From IMG/VR virus record IMGVR_UViG_3300031623_000938, positions 1-61,472 of that record: a DNA stretch of 61,472 bases, one strand, 5' to 3'. How positions within the stretch are numbered: the stretch's first letter is position 1; each line of letters starts with the position of its first letter. The stretch comes from a virus. Its lineage: Duplodnaviria; Caudoviricetes. Below the pieces are notes generated by a model, which was given only the letters and a program-made list of their open reading frames with translations, searched no databases and was not told where the DNA came from. Below are positions 36,798 to 45,910 of the stretch, piece after piece. Made by a program: the position numbers and the translations under genes.

Positions 36798-38303
36798 ATG
36801 CAATCTCGTATTCGCAACGAAAAACAGTCAATAACTAGTTCACCCGAAGTCGAAAGGAATCTACTTCGAGGTCTAATTCAACACGAAGAGGTATTTTCAG
36901 AGATAGATATGCTCATTAAGGAAACTGATTTCTGCAATGAGCTAAACTACTTTCTTTATTGTGTGATCAGGAACTGTAGAAGAGACGGGGAGACGCTAGA
37001 CAAGGTAATTCTAGCTCATAAGATAGAGAGCCTAAACGTAAAATTTGACAGCTACCACGACAACGTATACGACTACGTTGAGAACCTGACGTTTGGTTTT
37101 ATCAGTATAGAGTCCACGCTCCAATCGGCACAAGCCCTCTTAAGCATGAGGGTAAGGCGTACCATTATAGAGCAAGCCGAGAAAGCAATCGAGTACACCA
37201 AGACAAGTGGCGGTGTGCCTTTTGATAAATACATATCTGAAGTAGATTCAATTCTTAATAGTGACGTATGTGCTTTAGACTCAGACGATAAGCCAAAGAA
37301 CCTGTTCGGGGACATGGAAGATGTTATCGAGGAACGAGGTAATAATCCTGTAGAAGAAATGGGTATTAAGACACCTTTCAAAGAGTGGAATAATTATTTT
37401 GGTGGGCTTGAGAACGGACGTATATACGCGATAGTTGCTAGGCCCGGTCAGGGCAAAAGTAGTTTCCTGAACTATATGCTTTTTTATAGCTCTCAGATAA
37501 ACAAAATTCCTGCGTTGATGTTAGACACGGAAATGGCTTTTGAGGAAGTTCAAGACAGAATGGCTGCTGCTCTTTCTGGGGTTCCAACTTGGGAAATTAA
37601 AACCGGAAATTGGAGGAAAAACCCAGATTCTGTCAGCGCACTCAGAGAACTCTGGCCCAAAGTTAAGAACTTCAACTATGAGCATATGCATGTGGGCAAC
37701 AAGTCTGTTGACGAACTGATTTCTATGGCTCGGAGGTGGCATTTCTCAAGCGTTGGAAGAGGTAACCCATGTATGATAGGCTTAGACTATATAAAGCTGA
37801 CAGGAGAAAAAACATCTGCGAACTGGGCAGAACACCAAGCGATTGGCGAGAAGATAGATAAGATCAAACGACTAGCGTTAGAACTAGAGTGCCCAATCGT
37901 GACAGCCATGCAAATGAATAGAGACGGAGAGAAGGAGGGTAGGGAAGATGCTACTGTCGTATCTACATCAGACAGACTTGCTTGGTTCGCTGACCTAGTT
38001 TGTTTACTCAAGGCAAAATCAGAGACAGAATTCGCAGCCGATTTTGGAGCCGAATACGGGACACACAAATTGATTCCCGTGAAGGTAAGGAACCAAGGCA
38101 AAATGGCATACGGTCATCAACCATTCATAGACAGGGTTTACTCTGATAACAAAGTTAGGCCGTGTAGGTTCTATATAAATTATGAGATTGACAAGTTCCG
38201 AATTACAGAGAAAGATTGTCTACGCCAAGTGGTGGATCGCGCCAGTGAGGTTTATTCACCTGAGGAGAACCGGAACAGGAACGATACCAACGTAGAAGTA
38301 TGA
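36798..38303 (+). CDS. dnaB: replicative DNA helicase, DnaB family
   Basis: ARPGQGKSS, DTEM, LDYIKL, AMQMNR. Confidence 0.93.
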   Translation: MQSRIRNEKQSITSSPEVERNLLRGLIQHEEVFSEIDMLIKETDFCNELNYFLYCVIRNCRRDGETLDKVILAHKIESLNVKFDSYHDNVYDYVENLTFGFISIESTLQSAQALLSMRVRRTIIEQAEKAIEYTKTSGGVPFDKYISEVDSILNSDVCALDSDDKPKNLFGDMEDVIEERGNNPVEEMGIKTPFKEWNNYFGGLENGRIYAIVARPGQGKSSFLNYMLFYSSQINKIPALMLDTEMAFEEVQDRMAAALSGVPTWEIKTGNWRKNPDSVSALRELWPKVKNFNYEHMHVGNKSVDELISMARRWHFSSVGRGNPCMIGLDYIKLTGEKTSANWAEHQAIGEKIDKIKRLALELECPIVTAMQMNRDGEKEGREDATVVSTSDRLAWFADLVCLLKAKSETEFAADFGAEYGTHKLIPVKVRNQGKMAYGHQPFIDRVYSDNKVRPCRFYINYEIDKFRITEKDCLRQVVDRASEVYSPEENRNRNDTNVEV

Positions 38304-39196
38304 GTGAAGTTTATGAAATACTGTCTGAAATGGGTTACACCCTGAAGGATTATGGACAGTATTATAGAACTAAGCCACTTTATAGAGACTCAAATAACCC
38401 CACTATCCTAAGTATCAGAAAAGACACGGGACAATGGTATGACTTCAAGGAGTGCACAGGAGGCAGCTTTGAAAGACTCGTCCAGTTGACTTTAAAACTA
38501 AAGTCGGAAGATGAAGCAAAGGGGTATTTGTCTAAAAATAATTTTGAACAACCAGAATTCAAATCGAGACCAAGAGTCGCTCAATCCGCCAAAAGGTTCC
38601 CTAAGGAATCGTTGGATAAATTACTCCCTGTATATGACTACTGGACAAAAAGAGGTGTCAGTAGAGAGACCTTGATGACTTTTGGAGGTGGTATTGCGGA
38701 GAAGGGCCAAATGGCGAGTAGGTATGTTTTCCCTGTATTCGATGGGCGTGATGATTTGGTCGGCTTCTCAGGGAGGGACATTCTAAACTATAAAAATTCA
38801 GCCAGACCAAAATGGAAACACATCGGCAACAAAAGCCAATGGAAATATCCATTGAAGGTGAACTGTGAGATAATTAAAGAGTCAAAAGAAGTAATCCTTG
38901 TCGAAAGTATCGGAGACATGCTCTCTCTCTGGGAGGCAGGAGTAAAAAACGTAATAGTTACTTTCGGTCTATCTCTCGGAATGGGACTAATCAACTTCTT
39001 TTTAAGGTACGAACCAGAAAAAATTGTAATATCTTTAAATAATGACTCAGGCTCCAAAGCTGGAAATAATGCAGCGAAGAAGATGCATAACATTTTACTG
39101 AGATACTACTCTGAGGATAGACTATCTATAAAACTACCAACCAAAAAAGACTTTGGCGAAATGGGCAAAGAAGAAATACTAAAGTGGAATGGCTGA
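38300..39196 (+). CDS. DNA primase (DnaG/Toprim)
   Basis: RYVFPV..VGFSGR, KWKH, ILVESIGDML, LNND. Confidence 0.88.
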   Translation: MSEVYEILSEMGYTLKDYGQYYRTKPLYRDSNNPTILSIRKDTGQWYDFKECTGGSFERLVQLTLKLKSEDEAKGYLSKNNFEQPEFKSRPRVAQSAKRFPKESLDKLLPVYDYWTKRGVSRETLMTFGGGIAEKGQMASRYVFPVFDGRDDLVGFSGRDILNYKNSARPKWKHIGNKSQWKYPLKVNCEIIKESKEVILVESIGDMLSLWEAGVKNVIVTFGLSLGMGLINFFLRYEPEKIVISLNNDSGSKAGNNAAKKMHNILLRYYSEDRLSIKLPTKKDFGEMGKEEILKWNG

Positions 39197-40145
39197 CAAG
39201 AAAATAGAATATATATCCGCGTCTAGGATCAAGACACTACAGACATGTAGTTGGCTTTTCTGGGTCAAGTATCACATGAAGCTCCCAGACACCCCGAATG
39301 ATGGGTCAACGAGGGGAACAGTGTGTCACTTAATATTTGAGCTTTTGTTAAAGAAGAAGCACAAGAAACATTTTACTGATATTACGAGCGGGAAATCAAT
39401 TACCGATAGTCCAGCGGTTAACAGACTAGTCATTAAAAAGCTAAACGAGTATAAAGCTTTCAATCAAGAAAACTATGATCTCTGCGACGATATGATTAGA
39501 GTTGGGTTGGCTGCTGACTTTTTTGGAAAAGGGGGAAAAGTAGAACCACCCGAAAAAGGGTTTATGATTGAAGAAGATAGCCCTTTTTACATCATCCACG
39601 GCTTCATCGACAAAATAATTTTGTATAAGAGACAGAAGGTCGTAAAAATCGTAGACTACAAGTCTAGTAAGATGAAGTTTAGAGGGGAAGAACTTCAGAC
39701 GAATATTCAAGCGATGATGTATAGTCTGGTCGCAAGAGAACTCTATCCAGACTACAAACCAATAGTCCAATTCCTTTTCCTTAGGTTTCCAAAAAGTCCG
39801 ATACAGCAGCTAGAGTATTCAGATGAGCAATTAGAGGGTCTTAAGCACTACTTGTCTCATGTCTATAAGACAATGCAGGAATTTACGCCAGAAGATGCAG
39901 AGTCCTCTTTTGCGATAGACAACCCTAAAAACAAATGGATGTGCGGTATAGGTAAATGGGTATGTCCTATGAGACATCCATTTGATTACTACGCACTCTT
40001 AGATAAAAACGGTAAAGTTAAGAAGTCTTCTTTCGAAAACGATCTCAAGAAAAAGAGGGGGCAAAAAGTAGAAAAGAAAAGGTATGATGGGTGTCCCAAA
40101 TTCTACGGCTCAGGGCAAGGCAACTCCGATAGCGTTTTTTTATAA
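39189..40145 (+). CDS. PD-(D/E)xK / Cas4-like exonuclease
   Basis: ISASRIKT..C, GTVCH, GFIDK, IVDYKS, Q..MY, C-terminal Cys cluster. Confidence 0.85.
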   Translation: MADKKIEYISASRIKTLQTCSWLFWVKYHMKLPDTPNDGSTRGTVCHLIFELLLKKKHKKHFTDITSGKSITDSPAVNRLVIKKLNEYKAFNQENYDLCDDMIRVGLAADFFGKGGKVEPPEKGFMIEEDSPFYIIHGFIDKIILYKRQKVVKIVDYKSSKMKFRGEELQTNIQAMMYSLVARELYPDYKPIVQFLFLRFPKSPIQQLEYSDEQLEGLKHYLSHVYKTMQEFTPEDAESSFAIDNPKNKWMCGIGKWVCPMRHPFDYYALLDKNGKVKKSSFENDLKKKRGQKVEKKRYDGCPKFYGSGQGNSDSVFL

Positions 40146-40915
40146 TGGCGAATTCTGAAATATTGCCTGTCTTCAAAAGTCATTACTCCTTGGGGAGGAG
40201 TATATTGACTCTTAATGATCCAGAGGAAGGCACAGAAAATCATCCAAAGTCTATCATAGAAATTTGCAAAGAAGAAAAAATTAAGAGGCTTTTGCTCGCA
40301 GAAGACTCGATGAGCGGATTCCTTCAGGCTTACCTTAATTGTGAGAGCAATGATATATCATTGTCCTTTGGTTTGAGACTCGATATCTGCCAAGACATGA
40401 GCGACAAGTCAGAAGACTCTCGTTCTGAGACAAGCAAAATAATTCTAATCGCAAAAAACAAAGCTGGTTATAAAAATCTCATTAAAATTTACTCTTCCGC
40501 CTCAACTACTGGCTTTTATTATAGGCCAAGAATTGACTTTAATTATCTTAACGAGTTCGTTGATGATTCATTAATTATAGCCTTCCCGTTCTACGACTCC
40601 TTCATATACAGGAATCTGATGCAGGGCAGCATGGCCCTTCCTAATTTGTCCGATAAAAACCCTATCTTTTTCATAGAGGATAACGACTTGCCGTTTGACA
40701 GCCTAGTAAAGAAGTCTGTAGTCTCATACGCGAACGCCGAAGGGTATTCGACCTTAGATACAAAAAGCATTTACTACCATAAGAGAGAAGACTTTAAGGC
40801 ATATTTAACTTTTAGATGTATACATAACAGAAGTTCTCTTGAGAGACCGAGACTTGACCACATGTCCTCAACTGAGTTCTGTGTGGAAAGCTGGAAGGAA
40901 AAAAATAGGAGGTAA
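40145..40915 (+). CDS. DNA polymerase III alpha, stand-alone PHP domain
   Basis: SHYSLGRS, IILIAKNKAGYKNLIKI, GFYYRPRID. Confidence 0.88.
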   Translation: MANSEILPVFKSHYSLGRSILTLNDPEEGTENHPKSIIEICKEEKIKRLLLAEDSMSGFLQAYLNCESNDISLSFGLRLDICQDMSDKSEDSRSETSKIILIAKNKAGYKNLIKIYSSASTTGFYYRPRIDFNYLNEFVDDSLIIAFPFYDSFIYRNLMQGSMALPNLSDKNPIFFIEDNDLPFDSLVKKSVVSYANAEGYSTLDTKSIYYHKREDFKAYLTFRCIHNRSSLERPRLDHMSSTEFCVESWKEKNRR

Positions 40916-40916
40916 T

Positions 40917-41555
40917 ATGAACGAAGACTTATTGAGATTTGATAAAGAGAAAACCTTTGTGTTCATTGACTTGGAGACGGAAAATCTGTGTCTTAGTTTC
41001 TGCAAAAACCTTCCTTGGCAAGTAGGAATGATTAAAGCGAAGGGAAACGAAGCAATAGACAGCAAAGACTTTTACGTTAAATGGGACAGGGAAATCAACG
41101 TAAGCAAAGAGGCTGCTAGAATCACTGGGTTTAGTCAAACTAAGTACAATAAACTTGCGATTCACATAAGTGAAATTTTCCCCACGATAGAAAAATGGTT
41201 AGACGAAGCCGACCATATTGTAGGCCATAATGTCCTGAATTTTGATCTCCATCTTATTATAGAAATGTATAGGATGATGGGGAAAAGCCATGACCACTTA
41301 GCCCCGAAAGTAATAGACACTCTCTCCCTCGCTAGAGGAGTGAAGATGGAGCTTCCGTATAAAAAATCAGAAGATTTGCTGGCCTATCAGTACAGAATGT
41401 CTAACAAGAGGAAAAAGGGGATGAGAAACACTCTTAAGGCCCTTGGCGAACAATTTGGGATTCAGCATGACTACGAGAACCTTCATGATGCAATCGTAGA
41501 TTTACAATTAAACTTAAAGGTCTGGAACCAGCTTAAGTATATGATTGAGATTTAG
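40917..41555 (+). CDS. DEDDh 3'-5' exonuclease (Pol III epsilon-like)
   Basis: IDLETE, VGHNVLNFD, IDTL, LHDAIVD; AGGAGG SD before ATG 40917. Confidence 0.9.
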   Translation: MNEDLLRFDKEKTFVFIDLETENLCLSFCKNLPWQVGMIKAKGNEAIDSKDFYVKWDREINVSKEAARITGFSQTKYNKLAIHISEIFPTIEKWLDEADHIVGHNVLNFDLHLIIEMYRMMGKSHDHLAPKVIDTLSLARGVKMELPYKKSEDLLAYQYRMSNKRKKGMRNTLKALGEQFGIQHDYENLHDAIVDLQLNLKVWNQLKYMIEI

Positions 41556-41578
41556 AGTGATCTCTGTATATTTAGAAG

Positions 41579-41854
41579 ATGGCCTCATTAGATCATGTTT
41601 TTGACTTTGCTGAAAAGTTATCGAAAGATAATATAAGCTACTTTGTCGTTACCGTAAGAAAAGGTTTCGAGGAGGATAAGGCTGATTTGTTTTTTGATAT
41701 TAAGGACGACGATACGTTGCGTTCCATGCAATCAGTCTTCACAACAATAGCAAAAGAAATGGAGGAAAGCGATGACATCGAGCACTTCTACGAGAAAAAG
41801 AAAAGAAAAAAAACAGATAGAGACGAAGATGACGGTCAGCAGTTTCTTTTCTAA
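41579..41854 (+). CDS. hypothetical protein
   Basis: 91-aa acidic ORF preceded by a CTGTAT variant of the promoter element. Confidence 0.65.
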   Translation: MASLDHVFDFAEKLSKDNISYFVVTVRKGFEEDKADLFFDIKDDDTLRSMQSVFTTIAKEMEESDDIEHFYEKKKRKKTDRDEDDGQQFLF

Positions 41855-44447
41855 CATAGTTGACTACGATCTCAATTTGCATGGTGTTAGACTTCCGACT
41901 TTTGAAATCCAAAATTCAGAAAAACACTACGCGAAGGTAGACGAGGATTGTACTAACCTAGATTTTCTAAAGGCTTTATGCCGACAAGGTTTTCGCAAAT
42001 TGGGCCTCAAGAAAGACTCTGAAGAATTTAAGAGCTACGGGGATAGAGCCAATAGAGAACTCAAAACCTTAGAAGAACTTGGGTTCATTGATTACGTACT
42101 TCTAGTTTGGAAAGTCATTAATTTTTGCGAAAAAGAGGGGATACCAACTGGACCGGGCAGGGGAAGCGCAGCGGGAAGTTTAGTTCTGTTTTTGATAGGC
42201 GTTACGAAGATAGATTCAGTTAAGTACGGATTATTTTTTGAGAGGTTCGTCTCTAAAATACGAGCGAAGAAAAAAGAAGTGGATGGAGTTACGTACTTAG
42301 ATGGTTCTTTGATGTGTGATGTTGATCTCGATATTTGCTATTACAAAAGAGCTAAAGTAATAGAATTTCTTGAGAAAGAATTCGTAGGCAAGACTTCAAA
42401 GATTTTAACCCTATCTACTCTTAGTGGCAAAATTTTAATTAAAGACTGTGGGAAAACAATAGCTGGGAAAAACGAGACCGAGATGAATCAAATCTCTAAT
42501 CTAATCCCTAAAGTATATGGCCAAGTCCAAGACTTGAGCGTAGCTTATGACGAAGTTGAAGAATTAAGGGAATGGTGCGATGAGAATAAAGACGTTTACG
42601 ATATCTCGTTAAAGCTTAGGGGTCTTATTCGTAACAAGGGCGTACATGCTTCAGGTATGCTACTGTCTCATGGCGAACTAGAGCTATCCTGCCCAGTGGA
42701 ATTGACCTCTGATAAAAGCATAGTATCTGGGTTCGACATGAACTGGGCATCTTTACTTAATGTTAAGTTGGATTTGCTTGGTCTTAGGAGCGTCACTGTT
42801 GTAGATGACGTATGCAGTATGGTCGGAATCAAGATGGACGACATTGATGTATCCGATCCCATCATATATCAAAATCTATATGACTTAAGAACGCCTCACG
42901 GGTTATTTCAAATAGAGGCAGACACCAACTTTAGGGTTTGCCAGAAGGTTAAGCCCAAAAACGTTGAAGAGCTTTCTGCTGTTCTGGCTCTTGCTCGCCC
43001 CGGAGCATTAGCTTTTGTCGATCAGTACGCCAATTATACGAACAATGGAACCTACGATGTAATTCACCCCTTCTTCGATGACATCTTGTTAACGACAGGA
43101 GGAGTTTGTCTGTACCAAGAACAGATGATGCAGATGGCTCACAAGATTGGGTTCAGCCTTGATGAAGCTGAAATGCTGAGACGAATCGTCGGTAAGAAAA
43201 AAGTCTCAGAGGTCAGGAAGTGGAAGAAGAAAATTAAAGACAAGGTAATTCAGAATAATCTCGATCCTAAAATTGGTAAAATTCTTTGGAAAGTACTAGA
43301 GGACTCGGCCAACTACTCATTTAATAAGTCGCACTCTCTTGCTTACGCAACCCTCTCCGCGATGACCATTTTCTTGAAGTTCAAATATCCAAAGGAGTTT
43401 TTCTTGGCTCTTTTGAAAATGACTAGGTTCGAACCGGACCCCATAGCTGAAATTTCAAAAATTCATAAAGAACTATATGACTTTAACGTAGAGCTATTAC
43501 CTCCACACTTGGTTAAATCCGAACTGAACTTCTCAATCGAGGAAGATAATATTCGTTTTGGGCTGTTGTCTGTTAAGGGGATATCAGACAAATCCATCGA
43601 AAAGATAGTGAATTTTAAGAATAAATATTCTAACAAATTTGAAATTTTCGAAGCAGCAGAAGAGGCGAAAATACCAATAGGAATTCTTTCCTCGTTAATA
43701 CAGGCTGGGGCATTAGAGGGATTCAAGCAATCCAGAAGTCAGGTGGTTCTTGAGGCTCAGCTATGGAAAATCTTAACCACGAGAGAGAAAAGGTTCGTTG
43801 CTGCGATGGGCAAAGAAAACGATTACGACCTCCCATCTATACTCAGGAAGTTGACGACCTTCAAAGACGAAAATAATAAGGTTGTGATTAAGGAGTCAAG
43901 AAGGAACACGATCAGAAGGAAGTACACCCCGTACCTAAAAATATACAAGCAGAACAGTAAGAATGAAAAATTCGCAAATTGGTATTACGAGAGAACCTAC
44001 TTGGGATATACCCACGACGTAACGCTAAGAGAAATTTTCATAAACAAACAACCGAAGCTTGAAGAATTGAGGACCATTAGAGACTTGCCTGTGGATTTCA
44101 ACGTTTGTTTTATCGGGACTGTCTTGGAGCACTTCAAAGGAATCTCGAAGAAAGGGAACCAATATTTAAGACTTCAAGTTCAGGATAACACTGGGGTTGT
44201 AACTGTCCTTATGTTTGAAAGACAGATGGGAAGCTGCGAGGAGATTAACGGTGGCAAGCTTCCCTCTAAGGGAAACATCGTGATAGTGAGGGGAGTGAAA
44301 AAAGAAGACGCTATTTTTGCTAACGTAATAGGCATAGAAGATCAGAGCGTGTATACAAAGCTTTCCCAAATACCTAATGACATCAAAAATACTTCTGATG
44401 CAGAGATAGATTCCATGATTCTAGAAATAGAAGGAAACAAAATATAA
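41829..44447 (+). CDS. dnaE: DNA polymerase III alpha catalytic subunit (lacks PHP domain)
   Basis: GPGRGSAAGSLV, FERF, DVDLD, HASG, KLDLLGL, YQEQ, YSFNKSH, C-terminal OB fold. Confidence 0.95.
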   Translation: MTVSSFFSNIVDYDLNLHGVRLPTFEIQNSEKHYAKVDEDCTNLDFLKALCRQGFRKLGLKKDSEEFKSYGDRANRELKTLEELGFIDYVLLVWKVINFCEKEGIPTGPGRGSAAGSLVLFLIGVTKIDSVKYGLFFERFVSKIRAKKKEVDGVTYLDGSLMCDVDLDICYYKRAKVIEFLEKEFVGKTSKILTLSTLSGKILIKDCGKTIAGKNETEMNQISNLIPKVYGQVQDLSVAYDEVEELREWCDENKDVYDISLKLRGLIRNKGVHASGMLLSHGELELSCPVELTSDKSIVSGFDMNWASLLNVKLDLLGLRSVTVVDDVCSMVGIKMDDIDVSDPIIYQNLYDLRTPHGLFQIEADTNFRVCQKVKPKNVEELSAVLALARPGALAFVDQYANYTNNGTYDVIHPFFDDILLTTGGVCLYQEQMMQMAHKIGFSLDEAEMLRRIVGKKKVSEVRKWKKKIKDKVIQNNLDPKIGKILWKVLEDSANYSFNKSHSLAYATLSAMTIFLKFKYPKEFFLALLKMTRFEPDPIAEISKIHKELYDFNVELLPPHLVKSELNFSIEEDNIRFGLLSVKGISDKSIEKIVNFKNKYSNKFEIFEAAEEAKIPIGILSSLIQAGALEGFKQSRSQVVLEAQLWKILTTREKRFVAAMGKENDYDLPSILRKLTTFKDENNKVVIKESRRNTIRRKYTPYLKIYKQNSKNEKFANWYYERTYLGYTHDVTLREIFINKQPKLEELRTIRDLPVDFNVCFIGTVLEHFKGISKKGNQYLRLQVQDNTGVVTVLMFERQMGSCEEINGGKLPSKGNIVIVRGVKKEDAIFANVIGIEDQSVYTKLSQIPNDIKNTSDAEIDSMILEIEGNKI

Positions 44448-45364
44448 TGAAATATCTTGTCACCGGAGGTGCTGGGTTCATAGGGAGTAACCTAGTCGAT
44501 GCTATCATCGAAAAAGGTCATCAGGCGGTATGCGTAGACAATGAATCCGCAGAAAGTAATTCGAAATTCTACTGGAATGAACACTCTAAAAATTACCCGA
44601 TTGATATTTGCGATTACGATGCTTTAAAGTGGGTCTTCAGGCATGAGGAGCCAGACGTTATTCTACATCTAGCAGCAGAGGCACGAATACAACCGACAAT
44701 AGACGCGCCTCAATTGGCATGTAATGTAAACTTCGTTGGTACATGCAACGTTCTTCAGGCTTGCAGAGAGTACAACGTTGAGAGGTTCGTGTATTCATCT
44801 ACGTCTTCATCGTACGGGTGCAAAAACACTCCTCCTCTGCGCGAAAACATGGTAAAGGATTGCCTTAATCCGTACTCGGTTTCTAAAGCAGCAGGGGAAG
44901 ACTTATGTAAGGTGTATTATCATATTTACGGGGTCGAGACTGTCATCTTAAGGTACTTTAACGTATATGGTAATAGGGAGCCTAGAAAGGGCCATTACGC
45001 TCCAGTAATCGGGCTGTTTCTTAGGCTTAAGGAAGAAGGTAAGCCAATGACAATAGTGGGAGACGGTACGCAATCTAGAGATTTTACTCACGTTTCTGAT
45101 GTCGTTAACGCGAACATACTTGCATCCACGACTCAAAACAGCGGGGCTTTTGGCCAAGTCTTTAATGTCGGGACCGGAAAAAGTTATACAATATTAGAGA
45201 TAGCTGGTATGATAGGGGGAGATGTCGAGCATATAGAAGATAGAAAGGGAGAGGCTAAGCATACATTGGCTGATTTGACTAAATCTAAAGAAATGTTTGG
45301 CTACGAGCCTCAGAAGAATTTAGAAACATACATACAGGAGAAAAAAAATGGTTCAGTTTTATAA
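44447..45364 (+). CDS. NAD-dependent nucleotide-sugar epimerase/dehydratase
   Basis: TGGAGFIGS, YSVSK, RYFNVYG, GDGTQSRDF. Confidence 0.92.
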   Translation: MKYLVTGGAGFIGSNLVDAIIEKGHQAVCVDNESAESNSKFYWNEHSKNYPIDICDYDALKWVFRHEEPDVILHLAAEARIQPTIDAPQLACNVNFVGTCNVLQACREYNVERFVYSSTSSSYGCKNTPPLRENMVKDCLNPYSVSKAAGEDLCKVYYHIYGVETVILRYFNVYGNREPRKGHYAPVIGLFLRLKEEGKPMTIVGDGTQSRDFTHVSDVVNANILASTTQNSGAFGQVFNVGTGKSYTILEIAGMIGGDVEHIEDRKGEAKHTLADLTKSKEMFGYEPQKNLETYIQEKKNGSVL

Positions 45365-45908
45365 ACCCACCCCGAAAAACAAAGGCACGGCTTGTTCGTT
45401 CTCACTAGCTCAAGATAAACAGGGCGTAATGCTATCAATGGTTAAGCAAAAATCTTGGGACGCAAAAATATCGAGGGGAAAGTTCCATACTAGCAAAAAA
45501 CAAAACGGAATCATGGCAGACGGCGAACAAAATGCCGTAACAATTAAACTTAATCGAGTTGAAGTAGCTGGTATCGTTGACTGCTTAGAGACGAACAGAA
45601 AATGGGATGCCTTTCATACCTTCAACGGTAAAGAGTCTTCGATTCACTTCGGGCCATACCGGAAATCAAAGAAGAACGAAAAAACCGGAAAATGGGAAGA
45701 GGTCGGAGACCAAGCTGGCTTCTCTTTGTCCGTAGTTAAATCTAAGCCCGAAAAACATTTCTTCAGAATTGGATTCGACTTTTCCGAAGGGAGACTGCTT
45801 AAGTTTGAGATGGAAAATTTCCTACTCGAAACCGTAAAGGAATATATTAAGCCTAAGGAATACAAAATGCCCGATGGATACAGTGTTGACCAAGGGGGAG
45901 TAGTATAA
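45348..45908 (+). CDS. hypothetical protein (possible Whirly/PC4-like ssDNA-binding)
   Basis: Beta-rich, aromatic and basic; twice-repeated strands-then-helix pattern; replication context. Confidence 0.55.
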   Translation: MVQFYKPTPKNKGTACSFSLAQDKQGVMLSMVKQKSWDAKISRGKFHTSKKQNGIMADGEQNAVTIKLNRVEVAGIVDCLETNRKWDAFHTFNGKESSIHFGPYRKSKKNEKTGKWEEVGDQAGFSLSVVKSKPEKHFFRIGFDFSEGRLLKFEMENFLLETVKEYIKPKEYKMPDGYSVDQGGVV

Positions 45909-45910
45909 AG

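Noticed and set aside
39189-40145. Cas4-like nuclease as evidence of a CRISPR-Cas system
   Set aside because: No cas1/cas2 or array; solo Cas4-like nucleases are common in phage replication modules
13400-44447. Inteins or introns in nrdA, recA, dnaB, dnaE
   Set aside because: Protein lengths are ordinary; no intein C..HN ends or LAGLIDADG inserts visible
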